In this document: positions 25,301 through 36,800 of the stretch, piece after piece
Position numbering within the stretch: position 1 is the stretch's first letter
How the letters are laid out: each line of letters opens with the position of its first letter
Assembly: GCA_046563655.1 (NCBI GenBank)
Contig: CM102289.1
Location: 7,378,001 to 7,442,000, forward strand
From: Yuukianura sp. NJ FZ-2021
Lineage: Eukaryota
Direction of reading: 5' to 3'
Length of the DNA: 64,000 nt
The notes under the pieces: model-generated
Seen by the model: the letters and a program-made list of their open reading frames with translations, nothing else
What the model was told of the DNA's origin: nothing
Database searches by the model: none
Translations under genes and position numbers: made by a program

Positions 25301-26725
25301 GTTTGGCCAACAGTTTCTGGTTTACGATTGGATCCATTATGCAACAAGGATCAGATTTAGCACCAAAGTAATTCATGATTTCTTCAGTTTGAACAAAAAC
25401 GAAACTTTGGAGATTTATTAAAAAAGATTTATAAAAAAAGAAACTTCAACGAAATATGTTGTATATTGACATAAATATTACGACATTCATGTTTTTATTA
25501 TGTAACAGATCCGTATCAACCCGAATGATTGCTGGTACATGGTGGTTCTTTGCCGTCATTATGGTCAATTCCTACACTGCAAATTTAGCAACATTTCTCA
25601 TCGTCCAAGAATTGGAGTACACTTTCAGCAAATTGGATGAACTCGTAAATCAAACTAAAATTGATTACGGTTGTGTTGCTGATGGGAGCACAATGAAATT
25701 TTTCAAAGTAAGTAACCCGAAGTTGTAAAAAAATTGTTTGCACAAAATCCTAATTTTTGTTTCAGTTTGCTAACGACACTGATAGTAACACGAAACAAAA
25801 GATTTGGGAAAACATGGCAAAGAAAACTGACATTTCGTTAAAGTTGAACAACGACGAAGGAATTCAAGCAGTGAAAGCGAAACCTGGAAAATATGCTTTC
25901 TTTATGGAAAGCACTATCATTGAATACTACATGGAACGGATATGTGGACTCACGCAAGTCGGTGGATTACTTGACCACAAGGGATATGGAATTGCACTCC
26001 AAAAAAGTACACTCACTTTTAAAAAAAAAGTCAAAATGTGCACAAAAAAAATGCTGACAGTGCATTTTTTAATAGATTCAACATACTTGGACTTGTTCAA
26101 TGAACAGATTCTGCATTTGCAAGAAAGTGGTGAGCTAGATCGCTTGAAACGCAAGTGGTGGAAAGAAGAAGGAAAAGAAGACGCTGAAACTTGTTCAGTA
26201 AGTAGTAATCATTAAAAAATTTCAACATTTAGTACAAAAAACGGGAAAAAGTTATTTTAAGTAAAGGTTTTGTACTTTTTTTCTCTTTTTAAAGGCACCT
26301 AGTGTCAGCGATACATTTAATCCACTTGAACTATCCAACGTCGGAGGTAAGAAATTTTTCTGGCTCAAGTGTTAAAAACTTTTTTTTTTATTTATAGTGT
26401 TTTGATTTTCAAAATTTTAGGAGTTTTTGTCGTGCTGGTTGGTGGTTGCTTTGGAGCGGTCGCATTAACTTTGATAGAATTTTTACTACGATCACGGAAA
26501 AAAAAATCGGAAGGGGTACTATATTCAATTTTTTTGTCAACGAAACATTCTTAACGTAAGTTGAAGCATTTTACTTTTCAGGAGTCACTGTTTCATGAAA
26601 TCATCAAAGACCTTCACTTTGCACTTCAATGTCGTGGCAATGTGAAACCTGTGAAAAAGGATTCTGTGTCATCAGCAGTCGGCACCAGTCCTGAACCCTA
26701 TGATGACATCAAAACTTTAACTTGA
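22361..26725 (+). CDS. Ionotropic glutamate receptor, kainate/AMPA-like, with amino-terminal domain; multi-exon
   Basis: Signal peptide MKGVVCYL.., ATD (AIFGP-like GIFGP, IPHVETRWD), S1 AIGDLTITKER..DFTMP|FMNLGISILF, pore loop WFTIGSIMQQGSD, M3 SYTANLATFL, S2 GSTMKFF, FFMEST and YGIA, M4 NVG|GVFVVL. TGA at 26723-26725. Confidence 0.94.
23992..24201. mobile_element. MITE (210 bp) in an iGluR intron
   Basis: 20-bp terminal inverted repeats CAGACATGGTAAAAATATTT and AAATAGTTTTACCATGTCTG (1 mismatch). Flanks ATGAAAAA and ATAACAAA resemble a decayed 8-bp target-site duplication. Confidence 0.75.
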
Positions 26726-26798
26726 TCTACCAAAACACAGTTTTTGAATAAATTTCAAACAAGGCTATTTATAAGCCGCTACATTTTTATTTTTTTTT

Positions 26799-28357
26799 TC
26801 ATACACTCGGAAAAGTAACTAGTAAATTGATAATGTTTGTGACAATGAACGCGTGGATCAGAACAGGGAAAGTACTTGTAGTAATATAGAAATAGTGTCC
26901 TACATCAAATTTTAAAGGTCGATTTGACCTGATGACACACTTGCCGAAATTCAATTCTGAAGGATTTGTTTGTCTTGAATTTAACCAACACAACTTGGAG
27001 TCCAAAATTGAATTTTCCGTAATTCGAGCACAACGATCAACACACCCATACAAAGTAAAAATTAAAAAAAGTGCAATTATTGCAGTAGTGACAAGCAGAG
27101 CCATGCTTGGAATGCGGTCATGAAGACGAATATACGAAAATACAGTGACGATGACCAACAAACTGCCAAGTGGAATGACATGAGGTAGAATCCTTTCCAC
27201 CAAGGCCATATACAAAGTGTGATGAACTTGTTGAGCTCTGTACAATTGTTGTACCATGTCAAGCAACTCTCTAGGCTCCGTTTTGGGGCATCTTTAATAT
27301 AGTTATTACAGTAAATTAAAAAATACTTTCATTAAAAAACAGCGCAAGTTTGAACTTACGTCGCCAGTTTAGTCATATTTCTTTGAAATTCGGTGGTTAT
27401 ATAAACGTGAAAAAGCATCATATAAATGAATGCCAGTGCTATTATCCAGTTTGCCACAAATAGAATTCCCAATACGCAGAACAAAGAAATTGTGATCCAA
27501 ATATTTCCAGTATTGATATATCTGAGTCCAGCGAAGTTACAATGTACTGCGTATATGCCAGCTGGCATACCCAATACGAAAGCCACTGCGGCAGACAAAA
27601 ACGTCAACCTCGTCATGAACTGCATTCGTATATCTTCATTTCCAGTTTTGTTTGCAGTACGAATTTGCTCTAGTAATATTATAAGAAACACATGTATAAC
27701 CAACACAAGTATTATACATATTATTAAGAATATATAGTATAATATACGTAGTGTACATAATAACATTCGTACACATGTAACACATGTAGTAGCTTTGGAT
27801 ACGAGTATGCATAAAGTATGAAGTATGATTTATAACTTTCAGAGTCAAACTATACTTCCTGCATACTTATATCTAAATATCTAAACAACTAATTTGATTT
27901 TTATGCATTTTATACTTGCTGTTTTGTTGTATTTTTTTTAATATTTCTATTTTCATTATATGTAAGTGTCTTTTTTATTCTCAAATCTATGCTTACCTCC
28001 AACTTTATTGAAATATAGCAACCCGTTGTAATGTACTGGAAAAACTATGCGTGCGATTAAGAGGGTCATATATATAGGAGATGCAGTTTGTAGAGTCAAT
28101 CCAATGAGAACTACCACTGTAACATCTGATACATTCGTAGTTGGATCTGTAATGCAACCTACTACTAAAAACCCAAAAACAAATAATTGAATGCCAACAA
28201 TCATAAAAATTCTGACTAGACTTTTAAATATGTCAAAGTTGTGGAATTGGGGACACAAAAGTTTAGTTTCTGAGTCCCAATAGAAGGGAATAATTCCATA
28301 CAAGTTACCAATTTTGACGCACCAGACTAATGGTTCAAAGGATTTTTGAGACAGCAT
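26799..28357 (-). CDS. 7TM chemoreceptor-like protein (GR/OR superfamily), copy 1; exons 28357-27997, 27669-27360, 27291-26799; 387 aa
   Basis: In-frame splicing, multiple hydrophobic segments, N-terminal G..PF.W motif, C-terminal RPLKFDVGHYFYITTSTF...NIINLL resembling the TM7 region of arthropod chemoreceptors. Confidence 0.72.
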
Positions 28358-28749
28358 GTTCTCACACTTTTTTTTCTAAAATTTAGCGTAATTTTTTTTG
28401 TTTCGGTCCCCAGTTTGCCACTACTCGCTTTCCGAGCAAAGTAGAGCAAACGTTTCTTATCCAGAAAGCTCCTTAATTGGTCAAGGTTAATCAGTTCTTC
28501 CCTTACCATGTTGATTAATATAAATTTTAGACAACAGCGTTAGATTAAGACCGCCTATTGAAAACAGCGTTAAAACATCTTAACTTTGAAACACCTTAGG
28601 ATCGTTAGTTTGTTCTATGCATTCCAGTAGCAAACAAAAAAGATGCTGAAATATTAGTTGTGGCTTTCGAAGACTTCGTTCCTAGATATGTTTTGAAATT
28701 TTAAAAGACTTCGACGATTAAAAAAAAAACGAATCTCTTTTTGAAAACC

Positions 28750-28916
28750 ACGTACCTTGTGAAGCAATGTTATTAGCTAAAAATTTCAATGAATGCCCTC
28801 AAATCATCAAAGACAAATTTGCACTTTTCGTGGAAATTTGAATCCGATGAGGAAAACAAAAAAATTCAATCGGCGTCGGTTCTGAACCTTTTGATGACCT
28901 CAAAAGTTCAACTTGA
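28750..28916 (+). pseudogene. Decayed duplicate of the iGluR terminal exon
   Basis: aaatcatcaaagac..tttgcactt..tgaacc..tgatgac.tcaaaa..aacttga aligns by eye to 26598-26725 at an offset of ~2.2 kb, with indels. Confidence 0.8.
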
Positions 28917-28985
28917 ACCACCAAAACACAAATTTTAAATAAAATTGTGTGAAGGTTAATTCCAAGCTGTCACATTTTTATTATT

Positions 28986-30574
28986 TCAAACACTCGAAAA
29001 AGTAACTAGTAGATTGACAATGTTTGTGACAATGAAGGCATGAATAAGCACGGGGAAAGTGGTTTTGGTAAGATAGAAATAGTGTCCTACATCAAATTTA
29101 AGAGGTCGATTTGACCTGATGACACACTTTCCGAAATTTAATTCCGTAGGATCCCTTTGTCTTGAATTTAGCCAACCAAGTTTGGAATCCAAAATTGAAT
29201 TTTCCGTAATTCGAGCACCACCAACAGTACACCCATACAAAACCAAAATTGAAAAAAGTGCAATTATTGCAGAGACAATCAGAACCATGTTAGGGATGCG
29301 ATCTTGAAGACGAATGTGTAAAAATACAGTGACGATGACCAACAAACTATCGAATGGGATAATGAGAGGTAGCATCCTTTCCATCAATGCCATGTACACA
29401 CTGTGATGAACTTGTTGAACTCTGTAAAGTTGTTGTACCATGTCCAGGATCTTCCTGGGTTCCGTTTTGGTGAACCTGAAGTATAAAAATTATATTTATT
29501 TAACAAAATTAGTAAATAATGGCTTTGGTTTAAATTTTTTACTAAAATGAACACTTACGCTGCTAATTGCTTCAACTTTTTTTGAAACGCAGCGGTTACG
29601 TAGACATGAAAAAGTATTATGTACACAAATACCAGCACAACTATCCAGTTTGCCACAATTAAACTTCCTAGTAAGCAGAACAACGACATTGTGATCCAAA
29701 TATTTCCTGTGTTGAGGTATCTGAGTCCATCGAAGTTGCAATGTACTCCGTAAATACCAGCAGGTAAATCCACTACCACAGCTACTACGGCAGACCAAAA
29801 CGTCAATCTCGTCATAAATTGCATTCGCTTATCGTCATTCTCACTTTTCTTTTCAGTGTAAATATGATCTAGTAATTAAAAGGAAACATGTATAACATAA
29901 CTGTTATTAAATGTATAAGGTATATATACATTTCATTTCATTATTAAGTAGCGAAGCTACTTTATGCATCGACCTTGTCTGTCTGTCTGTCTGTCTGGCA
30001 GGCCGGCCGGCCGCCGGCAGCAATTATCTCGGAAACGGCTCAACATTTCCGGGATCTGTTTTCACTATTGAACACCGGAGGTCGGGCGGATGCTCACTAT
30101 TGAATATTATCCCGGTGGGTCAACTCCTTCCGGGTCAAAGGTCAAGTGTTTCGCTACTTTCGTATACTCCAGGTTACGACCGGATTTATTCCAACCTCTA
30201 ACTCGCTTACCTCCAACCTCGTTCAGGTAGAGCAACCCGTTGTAATGTACTGGAAAAATTGTGCGTACAATCATAGTGGTTATAAAGATATGAGATGACG
30301 CTTGAACAAGCAATCCAATGAGAACTACCATTGTAGCATCTGATACATTTGCAATTGGATCTGTAATGTAACCTAGCACTAAAAACCCAAAGACCAATAA
30401 CTCTATGCCAACAATAACAGAAATTCTGACACAAATTTTAAATTTGTCAAAGTTGTTCAATTGAGGACACAGCAGTTGTCTTGTGTCTGAATCCCAATAG
30501 AACGGAATAATTCCATACAAGTTGCCAATTTTGACACACCAGAGAAATGGATCAAGCGAGTCCTGCGACAACAT
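28986..30574 (-). CDS. 7TM chemoreceptor-like protein (GR/OR superfamily), copy 2; exons 30574-30211, 29868-29559, 29475-28986; 387 aa
   Basis: Clear paralogue of 26799-28357 with the same intron positions and phases and an intact frame. Confidence 0.72.
29941..30190 (+). mobile_element. Non-autonomous Helentron-associated (HINE / DINE-1-like) element in intron 1 of chemoreceptor copy 2
   Basis: Subterminal inverted repeats AAGTAGCGAA (29946-29955) and TTCGCTACTT (30150-30159), 5' hairpin AAGTAGC-GAA-GCTACTT, (GTCT)n microsatellite followed by ATCTCGGAAACGGCT, 3' stem-loop TCC(A)GGT-TACG-ACCGGA, T-rich ends. Absent from the paralogous intron. Confidence 0.8.
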
Positions 30575-30845
30575 GTTATTTTGAAAGTGCAACTTTTTTG
30601 AAAGTCGTCTCTCAGTGTTTGCCTAAACTCCGTTTGCGGACTGGTTTCGAAATGCTGAAAGACCTTGACAGTTGATACTCAATCGGATAAAATATCAAAC
30701 GGAGAAGTTTTTTTAAACCCTGCAACTTGTGTAGCAATGGCTTTGACTTTTCAATGCATTTTTTAATAACGTTCGTCCTTTTGAATACTTTTTGTCATTT
30801 GTTCGAGGAAAATTCCAATGTTAATTATTTGTAAATTTTTAAGTT

Positions 30846-33800
30846 TTATGAGAAGGAGACGGGGCGATAAATGGATTGTCCATAAGAAAATCCTCGTGGA
30901 GCAGTATTGTAATTCCCAAATCCAACTGTTCGGCCTCTCAATGGCAAATTTTGGGTAGGAACTGCTGACGTTGTATAACCTTGAAAAACAACAAAATTAT
31001 TCCCCGAATTTTAATTCTGTGAAATTGTAAGCGATTTAATGTTTTCTGTTTACTTTCCCATGCTGGAGGTACAGAGGGAATGGGACCAGGATTATAATCC
31101 ATTGAACTGAAAATCAAAATTCGACATTTTTGAAACAACGATATTTTAATTAATGTAAATTAATAAATTAATATACTACGATATATGAAAAATATACTTA
31201 CAAGGGTGATTCCAACAGTTTCCGCTCAGCAGCTTCCACCACCGTATGAATAATTTGTGGCGGTTTGCACTCTTCGAATGCTGTTTCAACGGAGCCTGTT
31301 TCCAGTGCTGCTTCCCATGGAGACTTAATTAGGCGTACTTTGGGCTGGATGAATCGCTCCTAAAAAGGCAAGGTCAAAAGGTCATGTGATTTAGACAGGT
31401 CAGGTGAGGTCAACGCTTACTTGAATTTGATTGAGCTTCTGCGCATGTTCCTGACGTGTTCGATCAATGAAAGAAGGTGCAGGTAAGTTTGTCGTAGGCT
31501 TAGGACTTGGGGGTGGCGCGGATTGTGCGCTGTAGCGACTTCCAGTATTTCTTCCCCCAATGACGTCACTTGGAAACATTGTTTTACGAACACTAGTTTC
31601 ATCCACGATCCAATCCTCAGACTTCTTTACTCTTTTGGCAAATAGCTGAGCACCTAAAGCCATCAGAAACAAAATAACTAAAATTGGAAGAATTCTAACA
31701 TCTTGGATTCATCTAGTTCAAAAAGGGCAGGCAAATCGAAAAATGCATTTTAATAATGCAAATTTTCACCTTTTCCAGAAGGTTTGTGAAGGTCACGCAC
31801 GAGGTCATGACAAATTTCTGGTGACATTGTGCCACAGTACGGTTCAGATCCATTCCTCTGCAGCGTTTCCAAATCCAAAACTTGACCAAATGGATTCATT
31901 ACCAGTTTCATATTTACAGGTTTCGACAAAAACGAGTCCTGTTCAAAAAATTTGTCAAAAATGTTTGCAATGTTACAAAAATTTTGAAATTTTTTGAATT
32001 TTTTGTGTATTGTTTACAGTTACCAGTAAGACCTTGTCGCCATTTCTTTCTGTCGAAGATTCTTCTTCTCCACCGGTAAAAGTACCTTCTGGACCTAAAG
32101 ATTTGAACAAAACATCAAAGAAAAATTATGTCAAACGAGAATTACTATTGAAATTTTAAAAAATCCTGGGAAATTTTGAAAAACCAAGCCAAGTTTATTT
32201 ATATCCTGAACAAATTTTGAGTTTTAAGACATTTTAAAAAGTCTCATTAGAAATAAATGTGTAATTCAAGATTCTTCTCAAGATGAAATAGTAGACGCTT
32301 GGAGCCTGAAAAAATGTTTTTCTTCTAATGATAAAGACATTGTCTTCATCAAAGATACGCCCATTAAGTCTAGCTTTTCAAAATCCAGATGCTTTGTTCT
32401 GCGTTTCTATTGTCATGAACTGGAATTTTAAAATTGAAATTTAGAACACAAAAACATTCTCTAGACGCCAGTCTCTCCTGAGTCAAAATCTTGACACAAA
32501 AAATGTAATTGCCCTTTTAAAAAAAAGCCAGATGAAAAACTTGGCACGATTTTTTAAAAAATCCCAGCAGAACACCCTGCTTCTGTTTAAAAAAAAACAC
32601 ACAAAGGTCAAATTCAAGATGCTTTGTTTTAAAAACAGAAAACTTACTTTCATGGACCCATTTGATAGATTTTTGTTTCCGTTTGACATACATTGACTGC
32701 CCTTTGGATTTTTGATTTTGTGGTTCTGTTAAAGATTTTGAAATTTCCCGGGCTTTGATTACTTGCTCTTCCATTGTAGGATGGGAAGATGGATTGTAGA
32801 AACTAGATGAGCCAAACATTCTAGAACTTGTAGTTGGCAGTTGTTGTGGATTTAATGGGGGTGCTACTGCGCAGTTGACAAAAAAAAATTACACAAAAGT
32901 AGAGTAAATATTTTTATAATTGCAAAAAAATGTGCAAAGTTGCCAAAAAATCAAACACGTTTCGGAATCTATTCAAGCTTTAACAAAAGCCGTTCAACCG
33001 TGTTAAAAATCTGGAGCTCATTTTGGCAAATCTTATATTCAGTGATTAATTTTCACATGCTAACTTTTCAAAAAATGTATGAAATTTTTCTCTTTAAAAA
33101 ATGTTTGAATTGTTTTCTTACTTTCTTGTGGTTTTGAATGATCCAAACCAAAGTTGACATTCGGAAAGAGCACACGATCCAAATCTGATTCTCTTGCAAA
33201 AGCACTTCCAGTTCCAGATGAGCACCAATTTCCTTGATCTGTCTGTTATAATTTTCAAAAAACGAAATTTTTTGAAATGTCAACTTTTTTTCAACACACC
33301 ACACATGCGTAACAAGGAGGGCGGTAATCGCCTATGACAAAATGGCGGTACAAGAGCAAGTTCCCCGATTTCAAATTGACCGCAACTTTTTAAAGCACAC
33401 ACCCACTCGCCTGTCTAGCCTCAACTTTCTGACTGCAAAAAAGTTTAAACAGAAGACGCATGTCAAGAAATTTTTCTTCCAAAGTAAAAAAAAAAGTAGA
33501 ACAAAGTCTAAAATTGCATGCCAGAAGCCAGGAGTTTCAATTGCAAAAAAGTTTTAGATTCTAGATAGTTTTTTTTTGTTACAAATGTTTTCGTAGCGTC
33601 CGGTAAGCTTTGCCAAAAACCGAACACGAAAAAATAGCAAAACAGATCAGCAAGAGCAGCATCTTCTTGAGCGGTTTTGCCATTTTGGACAGATGCTTTT
33701 TGTTTAAAAAAATTAGCAAGGAAAACTTTTCAAATGTCGCAGATGATAGATTGAATGTATTTCAAAATTATTGCCAAAATAGCCACTAGCATGTTTTTTC

Positions 33801-36800
33801 GAATTCGAATTCTAAAAATTTTGGCAAGTCTAGCAGATCGCACAAGATGTTCAGTTGACCCTTGCGTTTTCAGTTCAGCTTCAAAATAGTTACTACCCAA
33901 AAACAAAAAAAAAATCAAAAAAATCTTGGCTCTCTGAAAAAAAATTTTAGTCAACATTAGTAAAAAAAATTTACACTTTCAAAATTTTTAATTTGTTTTT
34001 TCACTTTTACTACTTCAGTGGCGTCGGTTTCTGCTCTATTTCGAGCAAAGCAAAAATTTAAAGTCTCAAAAATTTAAATTGTTTTTGCTAATAACCTTTA
34101 GGTTTTGGTGCGTGTGAGCTCCTAAATCGTTAAGATTAGCTTCTTGCTGACATATTGAACAGACGAAAATGCAAAGATGCAATGGATGTCTAATCCACCT
34201 GACTCTACATATACTTCCAAGCATCTCAGCATCCAGATCGTGTACAGATTCCGGGCCCGCCTCCTTCATACGCCAGTTTAAACTTTGCAATCGGTTTTCG
34301 TGATCTTTAGGGTTAGACGCAGTAACCGAAACGATTTAAAAAAGAAGGATTTTGTCTAACCCAGCTTGTGACAAGGGCTTTGTGTTTTGCGTGTGCAGGC
34401 ATTTACCAATTTGACATCAGTCAATGTCAGTACGACTGAACACAAAAATTAAAGGGGCTTCTTGTTTGAAAAAAAAAAAACGTTGTTCAGAACAAAGTCT
34501 CTTTAAAGCTAAATAGCCTGAGCTCTGACAAATACCGAAAATCTAAATGTGATTTTTTTACTTCTTCTTACTAATGGTTTTCTTTTATGATCGGGAGGGC
34601 AGAGATCCATAGTTTTTTGGCTCAAAAAATCAGGAAGAGAAATCTTTTCTAAAGTTTTTTTTTGAAAATGTTTAGCACTTCGTCGAACACTTCAATTTCA
34701 AACAATCTGTAAAATTTATGGTAAGGGATTATTTGAAATGGCACAAAACGGTTGTTAAACGTGGATTACGCAAAAGGCTTTAGATACAAAAAACACGTTG
34801 TAAAAGTTAGTGCTATGACAAATGCGTAACATTTACCAGTATCACAGTTGGGCGTTTTAGTGTTTTGCTGTAGTCAGGCTGTTCAAATGCAGTAGGGGTG
34901 ATGATACCCGAGGGTCTTGTTAGAAAATATGATGGTGACATGGTCGTCGGCGGTTGGTGGGCTGGCGACATTGTTGGCAACGGCCGCTGATACGGTGACA
35001 TTGTCGGCAGAGATTGGTGATATGGTGACATTGTCGGCAGCGATTGGTGATATGGTGACATTGTCGGCTGCGGTTGGTGATATGGTGAAGGTTGAAACGC
35101 TGGAGACAACAGGAGGTCTTTGCCTACCGGAAGTGGATCTCTGTCCTGCGTCATCCAAAGACTTTGCATCATGTAGTCTTGCGTAGGTGGCAGTGGTGGC
35201 GCAATGGGAATTGAAAACAGATTGGGTTGCGCAGGTTCACAAATTGGCGGCTACACACAAACATTTAAACGATCAAAGCAACATTTAATGACACATTTTT
35301 GCTAAATACAAAAAAAAAGCATAAACAAGAGTGACATTTGCATGTACTGCTGTTTTACTATATACAAATATTTTGAAAACTTCCAAAGGTCATTGACCCC
35401 AGGAGTTACTCTTAAAAAATTGGGTGGGCACCACTTTAGTGTAAACAAACCGAAGGTGAATGACCTTCAGCGTTTATGGTAATGGGCATTGACATTTAAG
35501 CAACATTTAAACAAAGGTCAACGACTATGAAGCTTTTACGAAACAAAATTGAGCAAAGGTCATTGACCTCTCAATAATGAAAAAAAAATTATCTTAAAAA
35601 TTTAGAATTTTTTAAAAGTTCTAAAATTTACCTGGCTTGCCGTCGACTTGAGCAGCGTTTGCTCAGTTCTCTGCTTGACGAAGTCTTCAAACGCTGTTCT
35701 CGCACCAGACGTCGCTGGTAATCTTCCTGGTGCTGGTTGAAATGCAGTAGTACTGGTTGAGCTATACGAGTCAGATGTAGTTGAAAATAGTGTGCTGGAA
35801 GTACTGATGTTAGCGTTAGATGAAGGGGCGTACATATCTGTAGCCACTACTTTGTCAATTTCACTAATGATTTCATTTAGAACGGTTTTGATATTTTCTT
35901 GCTTGATTTCTCCCGATTTTCCATCAGATGCAGTTTCAACTCCGGCGGACTTTTCAGAAATTTCAGATTTATCAATCGTTTCGGCTTTAGTTTCAGTAGG
36001 TTGAGTAGCTTCTGGATGATTTTGCTGCGGTTTGTTTTCAATTCCACTTTCGTTTCCGTTTTCCAAAACAGACTCAGCCATTTTTTCGGGATCAGGTTCA
36101 AATTTATATTGTTCTTCAGCTTCTGGTTCAGTTCGTTTTTCAACATTTTGTATTTCACCTTCATGTTTTCCTGCCGAATCTTGGCTTTCGGTAAATTCCG
36201 TGCGTTGCTTGTTTGTTTCTTCTGTCTGCGGGATCTCGTGAATGACAGTTGCGCTTTCAGCGTTTTGTATGTCTTCTGTTTTGATTGGTTCGGATTTGTT
36301 TTCGATTTCGTCACTGTCTGCTATATTGTCGTCGCTTAGTACCGGCAAGAGAATTTGTGTCAATTGCTCCTCCTCCTCGGCTGCAACTTGCGGTTTCTGT
36401 ACATTCGTGGCCTGATCACCAGTTTTTTCAGTTTCATTGACAGCAGAACCGACGTTTTGCGGTACTTCAGGGACAGATTGGTGTCCATTTTGAAAATTTT
36501 GAACTTCCTTGGGTTGCTCAGTGGTTTTGAGCACGTCTTGAAAAGTTTCGACAAGCGATCGCAGCGATTCAAAAACCGTCACCTAAAAAATGTTCAACTT
36601 TGCTTCAACAAGAAAACGAATTTTTAAAACTTCAAATTTCAAGAAACCAATTTTGGAATTTTCCGAACTTTCAAGGTTTGAAATGCAAACAAAATCAAGG
36701 CAGCGGAAATTATTTTCAAATATTTTTGTCAGAACTGACACTCACCTCTGCCGTTCCAATGCTAACGGATGATTCAGATTTCTGGACTGGAGGTTGAACC

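Noticed and set aside
33122..33160. Alternative first exon [13 protein letters not shown] for the synaptopodin-like gene
   Set aside because: Its phase does not match the next acceptor. The segment fits better as internal exon ~33243-33122 in another frame.
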